A stretch of 52,346 bases of DNA, from assembly GCA_024696885.1 (NCBI GenBank), contig JAILGI010000044.1, positions 1-52,346 of the forward strand, given 5' to 3'. Within the stretch, counting starts at the first letter, position 1, and the number at the start of each line of letters is the position of its first letter. The translations under genes were made by a program, and so were the position numbers. This DNA is from Bacilli bacterium (GTDB lineage: Bacteria > Bacillota_I > Bacilli_A > RFN20 > CAG-826). Below are positions 37,512-45,141 of the stretch, piece by piece. The notes under the pieces were generated by a model that saw only the letters and a list, made by a program, of their open reading frames with translations, ran no database searches and was not told the origin of the DNA.

Positions 37512-39350
37512 ATGAGTAAGAAGAAAGTAATTCAAAGAATTAATCTAAGTGAGATTAAAGATCCCGATTTTCTTCAAACTCTCTCTTTAGATGAATTAAA
37601 GCAACTCGCTAGTGATATTAGATTAAATATTATTGAATCCACATCCAAAAATGGTGGACACCTTTCTAGTAACCTAGGCGCAGTTGATGCGACTATTGCA
37701 TTGTGCAAAACCTTTGATTTTAAGAAAGATAAAGTGATTTTTGATGTTGGCCATCAATGCTATACATACAAAATACTTACTGGTCGTTCTTTAGAACGTT
37801 TAAGACAAAAAGGTGGTGTCTGTGGTTTCCAATTGATGGAAGAATCTCCATTCGATCACTTCGAAGCTGGCCATAGTTCAACATCTATTGCTGTCGCTAA
37901 CGGTATGGCTATTGCCCGTGACTTGAATAAAGAAAGATACAATATCGTGGCATTCATCGGTGATTCGTCTATCGCTAATGGTTTAGCTTTCGAAGCGTTA
38001 AATGATGTTGCTTTGCAAAAGCATAAGATTATCATCGTTTTAAACGATAACGATATGTCGATTACATATCCTGTCGGTGGACTTTCTAGAGTCTTTAGAA
38101 AATACGGTAACTCCGCATTTTATGCGAAGAGTAAATCGTTCTTTAAAAAGATCTTCTGCTGGAATCCTCTTGGAAGAGGCATTTATCACTGTGGTAGTTC
38201 TTTTAAGAACTGGTTTAAATTCCACGCTTTAAGAACCAACATCTTTGATAACTGGGGTTTTGCCTATATCGGACCTGTTGATGGTCATAATATTAAGGAC
38301 ATGGAAAAAGCATTCGCTAGAGCAAAGAAAATCGATAAATCCGTTGTTGTTCATATTAAGACTGTCAAAGGTAAAGGCTACAAATTATCTGAAGGTGATG
38401 AAAAAGGTTCATGGCATGGTGTTTCCCCGTTTGATAAAGAAACTGGTCAAGCCACGAAAGAAAAGAAATACACATGGTCCAAATTCTATTCTGATTTGCT
38501 CTTGGAAGAGATGAAAAAGGATGAAAAAATTGTCACCATCGTCCCTGGAACAGGTGTAGGCAGTTATATAACTGGTATTCACGATATCTTCCCCAAGAGA
38601 ACAATTGATGTCGGTATTGCTGAAGAATATGCGCTTACCATGTCAGGTGGTTTATCCGTCAGCGGTTATCACCCAGTTGTTTCTATCTATTCCACATTCT
38701 TGCAAAGAGCATACGATGAAATATCCCATGATCTTGCTCGTATCAATTTAAACGCCACTTTATTAGTGGACCGCGCTGGATTAGTGGGAAATGATGGCAA
38801 GAGTCATCAAGGCATCTATGATGAAGCCTTCTTAATCAGCATTCCAAATACTGTCATTACAATGGCGTCTAATAGAGGTCAATCTAAGAGCTTATTCGAT
38901 GAATCCTTAAAAGGTCATGGCGTATTCGCCATCCGCTTCTCTAAAGATCAATGCAAAGATGGTTTTGAAGAAGAAGTCGTCCCATTTGGAAAATGGAAAG
39001 AAGAAATTAAGGGTAAAGATATCGCAATAGTTGGTGTCGGACCAGAAGTGGAAGACTTGAAAGCGGCGTTAAAAGACAAGAACGTAACATTAATTAACGC
39101 TATTTATCAAAAACCATTAGATGATGAATGGGTTGATAAATTGGTGAAATATAAGAAGGTCATCATTTATGATGCTTATGGTGTCATTAATGGATTCCCA
39201 CGTTATCTTGCATCCACATTATTGGAACGCGGATTCAAAGGAGAATTGGTCATTAAGGCAATTCCCGATACGTTCGTTCCTCACGCAACATCTAGTGAGC
39301 AAAAGCAAGAATATAAGCTCACCGTAGAAGATGTAATTAGCGAAATATAA
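37512..39350 (+). CDS. dxs: 1-deoxy-D-xylulose-5-phosphate synthase
   Basis: GGHLSSNLGAVD, IGDSSIANG, transketolase-like domains; 612 aa. No SD is visible upstream. Confidence 0.9.
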   Translation: MSKKKVIQRINLSEIKDPDFLQTLSLDELKQLASDIRLNIIESTSKNGGHLSSNLGAVDATIALCKTFDFKKDKVIFDVGHQCYTYKILTGRSLERLRQKGGVCGFQLMEESPFDHFEAGHSSTSIAVANGMAIARDLNKERYNIVAFIGDSSIANGLAFEALNDVALQKHKIIIVLNDNDMSITYPVGGLSRVFRKYGNSAFYAKSKSFFKKIFCWNPLGRGIYHCGSSFKNWFKFHALRTNIFDNWGFAYIGPVDGHNIKDMEKAFARAKKIDKSVVVHIKTVKGKGYKLSEGDEKGSWHGVSPFDKETGQATKEKKYTWSKFYSDLLLEEMKKDEKIVTIVPGTGVGSYITGIHDIFPKRTIDVGIAEEYALTMSGGLSVSGYHPVVSIYSTFLQRAYDEISHDLARINLNATLLVDRAGLVGNDGKSHQGIYDEAFLISIPNTVITMASNRGQSKSLFDESLKGHGVFAIRFSKDQCKDGFEEEVVPFGKWKEEIKGKDIAIVGVGPEVEDLKAALKDKNVTLINAIYQKPLDDEWVDKLVKYKKVIIYDAYGVINGFPRYLASTLLERGFKGELVIKAIPDTFVPHATSSEQKQEYKLTVEDVISEI

Positions 39351-39395
39351 GTTTTGGTTAACATAATATTTGAATACATTATATAATAATGGCGT

Positions 39396-40589
39396 ATGAG
39401 TAAAGTGATAGTTCACATCGACTTAAACGCCTTTTTTGTTCGAGCGGAGGAAATAAAAGAACCCTCTTTAGAGAATAAACCTGTTGCTATTGGTAAAGAA
39501 GGAAGAGGGGGAATTGTTTCGACTTGCTCATATGAAGCGAGGAAATTTGGTGTCCATTCTGGTATGCCAATGTTTCAAGCTAAACAACTCTGTCCAAATC
39601 TTATCGTCCTTCCTGGCGATTATCGCTTTTATCGAGCACTCTCACGCACGTTTTTCGCATTCATGAGGAATTATACCCCACTAGTGGAAATCGCCTCTGT
39701 AGACGAGTGTTATGCGGATTTTACCGAGGTAATCAAAGGAAAGAAGGATGTGGAATCCTATTTTAGGAGGTTGCAATCCGATCTATTTGCTAAAACAGGT
39801 TTAAAGTGTTCCATCGGTGTGGGACCTAATAAGTTTTTAGCAAAAATGGGTAGTGATTATAAAAAACCTCTGGGTTTAACCATCATCCGCAAAAAAGATG
39901 TATCGACAATTTTATATCCATTATCTTTAGATAAACTATATGGTGTTGGAAAGCGTACCCTTCCTAAACTACAAGCGATGGGCATTTCTACGATTGGAGA
40001 ACTCGCGAAAAGATTATTTGAAGACGATAGTGAAACGCTTAAAGTTTTAGGCAAGTTTTCTATCACTTTAACAGAATGGCTTAAAGGCAATGGTGACGAT
40101 GAAATAATTGTTGAAGAATTCGATCCCAAATCTATCGGACATTCCACAACGCTGAAAAACGACACGAATGATTTTGAAGATATAAAACCTATCTATCGTG
40201 AACTATGTAACGAAATTGCTTACCAAGCAAAAAAAGAAAAGAAGATGGGCCACACCGTCCAAATAGTCATTAAGGAATCAGATGGTAATTTTACTACACA
40301 CAATAAATCAGTGACTTTAGATAGACCGATTAATGACGCAAATTTGATATACAAATATGCGACAAACTTATACGAAAAATACTTTCTTGGCATCACAGTG
40401 AGACTTGTTGGTGTTACTTTGCAAAACCTTATATCCCAAAAAGAAGCGGTTATCCAAATGAGTTTGTTTAATTACGAAGAACACGAATCTGAGAACAAGA
40501 CAAAACTGCTTATTAATGAAATTAACCGTGGTTTAGATAAACCTCTTTTGATGCGCGCTTCCGATGTGAAAAAGGAGAAAAAGAAATGA
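39396..40589 (+). CDS. dinB: DNA polymerase IV
   Basis: HIDLNAFF, SVDECY, and the C-terminal clamp-binding-type motif QMSLF (40455..40469). Confidence 0.9.
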   Translation: MSKVIVHIDLNAFFVRAEEIKEPSLENKPVAIGKEGRGGIVSTCSYEARKFGVHSGMPMFQAKQLCPNLIVLPGDYRFYRALSRTFFAFMRNYTPLVEIASVDECYADFTEVIKGKKDVESYFRRLQSDLFAKTGLKCSIGVGPNKFLAKMGSDYKKPLGLTIIRKKDVSTILYPLSLDKLYGVGKRTLPKLQAMGISTIGELAKRLFEDDSETLKVLGKFSITLTEWLKGNGDDEIIVEEFDPKSIGHSTTLKNDTNDFEDIKPIYRELCNEIAYQAKKEKKMGHTVQIVIKESDGNFTTHNKSVTLDRPINDANLIYKYATNLYEKYFLGITVRLVGVTLQNLISQKEAVIQMSLFNYEEHESENKTKLLINEINRGLDKPLLMRASDVKKEKKK

Positions 40590-41467
40590 ATATAGAAGAT
40601 GGCTTAGAACTATTTGCCCAATATATGACTGTGGAAAAAGGCTTATCAATGCAAACTCTTTCCTCATACATGAGTGATCTCCGCTTATTCTTTGAATATT
40701 ATTCCGATAAAAAGGAAATATCGGATTTGATGGCCACTGATTTGGAGGAATACCTTAACTATTTGAATGGAATCGGAAGGAACATATCAACGTGTCTAAG
40801 AAAATTTTCTTCCATCCGTTCTTTTTATCTTTTTCTAAAGAAAGAAGGATATTCCGATATCGAACTTGAAGACATCGAAATGCCTAAAAAGCCGATGACA
40901 TTTCCTAACTGCCTCTCTATTGAAGAAGTCGATGAACTGTTAGATATGCCTGATATTGAAAAACCAGAAGGCTTAAGAGATAAGGCGATGCTGGAGTTAA
41001 TGTACGCTAGCGGACTACGCGTTAGTGAACTTTTATCATTAGAAAGACGAAAGATTAACCTTGAAAAAGGAATCGTGAAAATATTTGGTAAAGGGGCAAA
41101 GGAAAGAAAGGTCCCGGTTGGCGAATTTGCCATGGAATATATCAAGATGTATATCGATGGACCGAGAAGAAAGAATCCAGGAAAAGATAGCAAATATCTA
41201 TTTTTAAATAGATATGGAAAGCCATTATCCCGTCAATACTTCTTCATGCAAATCAAAAAGTACGCAGACATGGCGGGAATCGAGGTTTCTATTTCTCCTC
41301 ACACCCTTAGACATTGCTTCGCCACGCACCTATTAGAAAACGGGGCACAACTTAGAGCGGTACAGGAAATGCTTGGCCACACAAACATTGCAACAACCCA
41401 AATTTATACGCATATATCCACTAAGCGCATTATCAGTGCGTATGATTTGTATATGAAAAAGAAATAA
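40586..41467 (+). CDS. xerD: tyrosine recombinase XerD (RipX-like)
   Basis: RHCFATHLLENGAQLRAVQEMLGHTNIATTQIYTH (R-H-R-Y catalytic set). Adjacent to deoB, as ripX-drm is in B. subtilis. Confidence 0.8.
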   Translation: MNIEDGLELFAQYMTVEKGLSMQTLSSYMSDLRLFFEYYSDKKEISDLMATDLEEYLNYLNGIGRNISTCLRKFSSIRSFYLFLKKEGYSDIELEDIEMPKKPMTFPNCLSIEEVDELLDMPDIEKPEGLRDKAMLELMYASGLRVSELLSLERRKINLEKGIVKIFGKGAKERKVPVGEFAMEYIKMYIDGPRRKNPGKDSKYLFLNRYGKPLSRQYFFMQIKKYADMAGIEVSISPHTLRHCFATHLLENGAQLRAVQEMLGHTNIATTQIYTHISTKRIISAYDLYMKKK

Positions 41468-41500
41468 GATAAAATTGTTGATGATTGGAGACAAAAAAAT

Positions 41501-42724
41501 ATGTCCTATAAATTTAAAAGAATTTTTGTTATTGTTGCCGATTCCGTAGGAATTGGTTATGAACCAGATGCCGATCAATACTTTAACGCTGGTCAAAACG
41601 ATGTTGGCAGTAACACCATCGTTCACATCAGTGAAAAGATGCGTGATGGCAGAGGCTTAATTATTCCTACAATGAACGCGATAGGCATTGCTGATTTAGC
41701 GAACATTCGCGGCACAAGCAAAGTTTTGCACCCACAATCATATGTTGCTCGCGCTAGAGAAGAATCAAAAGGCAAAGACACAATGACCGGTCACTGGGAA
41801 ATGATGGGTGTTTATACCACGAAGCCATTTATGACCTTTACGGACAATGGTTTTCCAAAGGAATTAATGGATGAACTTGAAAAGAGAACAGGCCATAAAC
41901 TCATTGGCAACAAAGCTGCAAGTGGCACCGAAATCCTCGTTGAACTCGGAGAAGAACAAATGAGAGATAATTCGCTTATTGTTTACACATCCGCTGATAG
42001 CGTGTTACAAATCGCTGCCCACGAAGAAGTTACAGGTTTGGAAGAATTATATCGCTGCTGTGAAATCGCTCGTGAACTCTGCATGGATCCACGTTATATG
42101 GTGGGAAGAGTTATTGCTCGTCCTTATTTAGGAACTGATAAAACCAATTTCAAACGTGTTACTGCTCATAGACATGACTTAGCTTTGAAACCACCAGTAA
42201 AAACTGTCATGAATATCCTTGAAGAAAAGGGATTAATGGTTAGCTGTGTTGGTAAGATTGGCGATATCTTTGATGGATATGGCGTTGTGAAGACACAAAA
42301 GACATCTTCAAATGAAGATGGTATGGATAAAACCATCGACGAAGCTAAGAATCACGACTTCACAGGTATCTGTTACGTCAACTTAGTGGAATTCGATAGT
42401 GAATACGGTCATAGAAGAGATCCTATCGGTTATGGTAACTGCTTAGAAGCTTTTGATAAACGCCTCGCTGAACTTATTGAAAATCTCAAAGAAGATGATT
42501 TAGTTATCGTTACAGCGGATCATGGTAATGACCCAACCTGGGCAGGAACTGACCACACCAGAGAAAAAGTTCCTCTACTCATGTATTCTAAGAAATTCAC
42601 AGATGGAAGATATCTCGATGAAAGAACATCCTTTGCCGATATTGGTGCGACAATTCTCGCTAACTTCCATTTAGATAAACCGGATTATTTATTAGGCAAA
42701 CCAATTGAAGAATTGCTCAAATAA
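41501..42724 (+). CDS. deoB: phosphopentomutase
   Basis: DSVGIG, GHWEMMG, TADHGNDP motifs; 407 aa. Confidence 0.9.
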   Translation: MSYKFKRIFVIVADSVGIGYEPDADQYFNAGQNDVGSNTIVHISEKMRDGRGLIIPTMNAIGIADLANIRGTSKVLHPQSYVARAREESKGKDTMTGHWEMMGVYTTKPFMTFTDNGFPKELMDELEKRTGHKLIGNKAASGTEILVELGEEQMRDNSLIVYTSADSVLQIAAHEEVTGLEELYRCCEIARELCMDPRYMVGRVIARPYLGTDKTNFKRVTAHRHDLALKPPVKTVMNILEEKGLMVSCVGKIGDIFDGYGVVKTQKTSSNEDGMDKTIDEAKNHDFTGICYVNLVEFDSEYGHRRDPIGYGNCLEAFDKRLAELIENLKEDDLVIVTADHGNDPTWAGTDHTREKVPLLMYSKKFTDGRYLDERTSFADIGATILANFHLDKPDYLLGKPIEELLK

Positions 42725-42752
42725 AAAATAGTGTAAAAATTTAAAAATGAAT

Positions 42753-42779
42753 ACACTCCTATTAATAGGAGTGTTTTTT
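42753..42779 (+). terminator. rho-independent terminator after deoB
   Basis: ACACTCCTA-TTAA-TAGGAGTGT, then TTTTT. Confidence 0.85.
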
Positions 42780-42867
42780 CTTTATAAAAATAATGTGAAA
42801 CAAATACGCCATTTTTTCCCAATAAGTTTATAGAGGGATATTTTTAAACCCACATTAGGAGACGAAT

Positions 42868-43518
42868 ATGAGTACAAGAGAAAATAGTGGAATCGACTAT
42901 CAAAACTTCAAGAAATATAACAGGATGAGAAGTTCCGACGAAGAAGAAAGAAAAAGACAATTAGCCTTGGAAAGAAGGAAAGGCCAATTCGATATGATAT
43001 CTTGGCTTTTAAGACAAAATGACTATGTAAGATATGCGGAAACACATAAATTGAGATATAAAGCCTTAGCAGGTGAAATATATGAGATTGATTTCGGCAT
43101 CAATGTTAACGCTGAATTGTCTTATCGGCATTACGGACTTGTCCTAGCAGACTCAGAAGAAAGCAATCCATTAGTCATGGTCTGTCCGTTGAAGACCAAT
43201 TTTAAAGGTGCCCACCCTGCGAGCGACGTAAATCTTGGTTATATTGAGGAATTGAACAGTGATCATGAATCTTTGGCAATCATTAATCAAATTAGAATGG
43301 TGGACAAAATTAGAATTTACCGTAGAACCACAATTGGAAAATATGTCAAACCAAAATACACCTTGTCAGATGTTGAGCAAGATGATTTTGAGGATGAATA
43401 TGAAGGTGAGACTTATACGCCTTATAGGTTAGAAGCTAAGAAATTCGAAATAGTGAAAACCGCCATCATGAACTACATTAAGTTTGGCAAAATAGATCCG
43501 GAGGAGAAAAATTACTAG
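42868..43518 (+). CDS. long solitary MazF/PemK-fold protein (putative endoribonuclease toxin-like) with N- and C-terminal extensions
   Basis: Core aa 69-151: GEIYEIDFG..AELSYRHYGLVLA...LVMVCPLKT...SLAIINQIRMVDKIRI. This parallels MazF/EndoA signatures GDVY.ADL..GSE..G.RPVLV, AAIT and EQIRTIDKQRL. RBS AGGAG. Confidence 0.6.
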   Translation: MSTRENSGIDYQNFKKYNRMRSSDEEERKRQLALERRKGQFDMISWLLRQNDYVRYAETHKLRYKALAGEIYEIDFGINVNAELSYRHYGLVLADSEESNPLVMVCPLKTNFKGAHPASDVNLGYIEELNSDHESLAIINQIRMVDKIRIYRRTTIGKYVKPKYTLSDVEQDDFEDEYEGETYTPYRLEAKKFEIVKTAIMNYIKFGKIDPEEKNY

Positions 43519-43532
43519 TAGATTTCTAGTAG
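43516..43532 (+). repeat. 11-bp-phased TAGTAG array, locus D (2 units)
   Basis: TAGTAGATTTC TAGTAGATTTT. The first TAG is the stop codon of the MazF-like gene. Confidence 0.8.
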
Positions 43533-43550
43533 ATTTTATCCAACTAAAGT

Positions 43551-43591
43551 ATGTGGAAAAGTCAACTAATTCACGGTTGATAAATCCACAT
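43551..43591 (+). terminator. extended hairpin, possible terminator of the MazF-like gene
   Basis: ATGTGGA..TCAAC-TAATTCACG-GTTGA..TCCACAT, followed by ATTTTAGGTTTT. Confidence 0.35.
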
Positions 43592-43647
43592 ATTTTAGGT
43601 TTTAGCAAATATAATGTTTTGATATATTCTTATCTTTTTTATATTTT

Positions 43648-43675
43648 GGTTAACATAACGGAAATTATACGAAGT
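43648..43675 (-). other. dif: candidate dif site (XerC/XerD chromosome dimer resolution site)
   Basis: The minus strand reads ACTTCGTATAA-TTTCCG-TTATGTTAACC. B. subtilis dif (from memory) is ACTTCCTAGAA-TATATA-TTATGTAAACT. Arms match 9/11 and 9/11; the central region differs. The site lies at the + to - gene-orientation switch. Confidence 0.6.
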
Positions 43676-43723
43676 TACTATTATTTGACTCTTTTACACA
43701 ATTATGGCGGTGGATGAAGGTAA

Positions 43724-43750
43724 AGAAAAAGAGACTTGTTACAGCCTCTT
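43724..43750 (-). terminator. rho-independent terminator after nadD/yqeK
   Basis: The minus strand reads AAGAGGCT-GTAACA-AGTCTCTT (one G-U pair), then TTTTCTTT. Confidence 0.6.
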
Positions 43751-43770
43751 GTGATAATGATTCTTTTAAG

Positions 43771-44844
43771 TTAGTCTAGATAAAATTGGAAACAAGAATA
43801 GGTTAAACGATTATTAATGTCTCCTTTGCTCTCTTCTAGGAACTCTTTATTAGCTTTGAGCACTATTTTGAACCCTTCATCGATGTCTTTCATCATGGCA
43901 TCAACGTATTCTGTAGAGTCATAGCCTCTTGTTGGCTCAATTTTATCTGCGGCATAGATGATTTTACCTAGGGTGCACATGTTATCCTTGCCCGTCGCGT
44001 GATATTTGATGGCCTCTAAGATGTCTTGGTCCACTATTTTAAACTCTTCTTTGGCAATGTATTCACTAGCGAATTGATGATATGCGAATCTTGGAAGGTC
44101 TAAATCTTCCTTATAAGCCTTCATCATGATTGGCTTTTGGTCTATTTCTTTTCCAATATCATGTAATAAACCGGCAATATATGCTCTTTCAGGATGTTCT
44201 AAACCATGCTTTTTAGCGATGTCATAAGCTAGTGAAGCCACACTAATACAATGATTAAGGCGAAAATCTTTTAAGTATTCACGGATTTTAGGCATGAAAT
44301 AAAGATTATTGGAGACAATATAGTCAATTACTTGTTTGTTCAAATATAAGGCCTTTAAACTGCGTATTTCAGTGGAACTAATATCTTGATATTCCCCCAC
44401 TACTTCTTGCATTTTAAACTTTTGAATATTTCCTTTATCTAAATCGTAATTTGGACGTGGGAAAAAGATAATATGCACCTTTTTAGCGATTTCATCGGCT
44501 TGCTTCCATTTATGGAAGGCGTTCACATGGTCTGTTCCAATTAAGTAAAAGAAAGTATCGTTTGGATACTTATTTATAAAGTAATTTACTGTATCTATGG
44601 AGTAGTTTTGTTCTTCGTCCTTTTCGACTTCAAATAAATCTATAGAAAAGCGAGGATAATCTTTGATCGATAATTCGATCATCTTAATTTTATGTTCAAT
44701 AGGAGCGGAATCATTTTTCCAAACCGATATTTTGCTTGGCAAAAAAATGACATTAGCGTCAAATTGTTTGCTTGCCGCTTCCGCCATCGAGATATGTCCT
44801 AGATGAATAGGATCGAAAGATCCACCAAAGAGAATTTTGTTCAT
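43771..44844 (-). CDS. nadD: fusion of nicotinate-nucleotide adenylyltransferase NadD and HD-domain YqeK (Ap4A hydrolase family)
   Basis: N-terminal GGSFDPIHLGH. The C-terminal half carries the HD motif HCISVA...AGLLHDIGKE. Confidence 0.85.
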   Translation of the reverse strand: MNKILFGGSFDPIHLGHISMAEAASKQFDANVIFLPSKISVWKNDSAPIEHKIKMIELSIKDYPRFSIDLFEVEKDEEQNYSIDTVNYFINKYPNDTFFYLIGTDHVNAFHKWKQADEIAKKVHIIFFPRPNYDLDKGNIQKFKMQEVVGEYQDISSTEIRSLKALYLNKQVIDYIVSNNLYFMPKIREYLKDFRLNHCISVASLAYDIAKKHGLEHPERAYIAGLLHDIGKEIDQKPIMMKAYKEDLDLPRFAYHQFASEYIAKEEFKIVDQDILEAIKYHATGKDNMCTLGKIIYAADKIEPTRGYDSTEYVDAMMKDIDEGFKIVLKANKEFLEESKGDINNRLTYSCFQFYLD

Positions 44845-45137
44845 TATTTGATTAGTTTGATTTGTGGTTTTTCTTTATTCCTACGGAATAATACTATAAC
44901 TCTTCCCACTATTTGGACCACTTCCGCTTTTAGGCGTAATGATAATTCCATAGCAAGAGGCTCAATTTCACCTTCGTATCCACGCATGACATCCACTTTG
45001 ATGAGTTCATGAGCGGTTAAGGCTTTATTGAGCATATCAATAACAGTGTCAGAGATATCTTTTTTGCCAACTTGGTATTTAGTCTCTAACTTATTAGCGA
45101 GAGCTTTTAATTGTTTCTTTTGTGTTTGAGAGAGCAT
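44844..45137 (-). CDS. yhbY: YhbY/YqeI CRM-domain RNA-binding protein
   Basis: LSQTQKKQLKALANKL...VGKKDISD...ELIKVDV; its stop overlaps the nadD start (TAATG). Confidence 0.85.
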   Translation of the reverse strand: MLSQTQKKQLKALANKLETKYQVGKKDISDTVIDMLNKALTAHELIKVDVMRGYEGEIEPLAMELSLRLKAEVVQIVGRVIVLFRRNKEKPQIKLIK

Positions 45138-45141
45138 AACA

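Noticed and set aside
39352-39366. The 15-mer TTTTGGTTAACATAA is identical to 43644..43658 and includes the XerD-arm half of the dif-like site. It could be a second dif/att site delimiting a dinB-xerD-deoB-mazF segment as an IMEX.
   Set aside because: There is no recognisable second arm 6 nt away (AATACATTATA). The enclosed genes are core genes. An exact 15-mer repeat is roughly what chance predicts in 52 kb of AT-rich sequence. It may simply be part of the dinB promoter (TTAACA-N18-TATAAT).
43665-43678. TATACGAAGTTAC matches 12 of 13 bases of a loxP arm, which raised the possibility of an engineered lox scar.
   Set aside because: No 8-bp spacer or inverted second lox arm is present. The similarity comes from the XerC-type arm of the dif-like site, since Cre and Xer sites are related.
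43704-43754. A 16-codon ORF (MAVDEGKEKETCYSLL) in the terminus gap.
   Set aside because: It has no RBS, it overlaps the nadD terminator hairpin, and it is too short to support.
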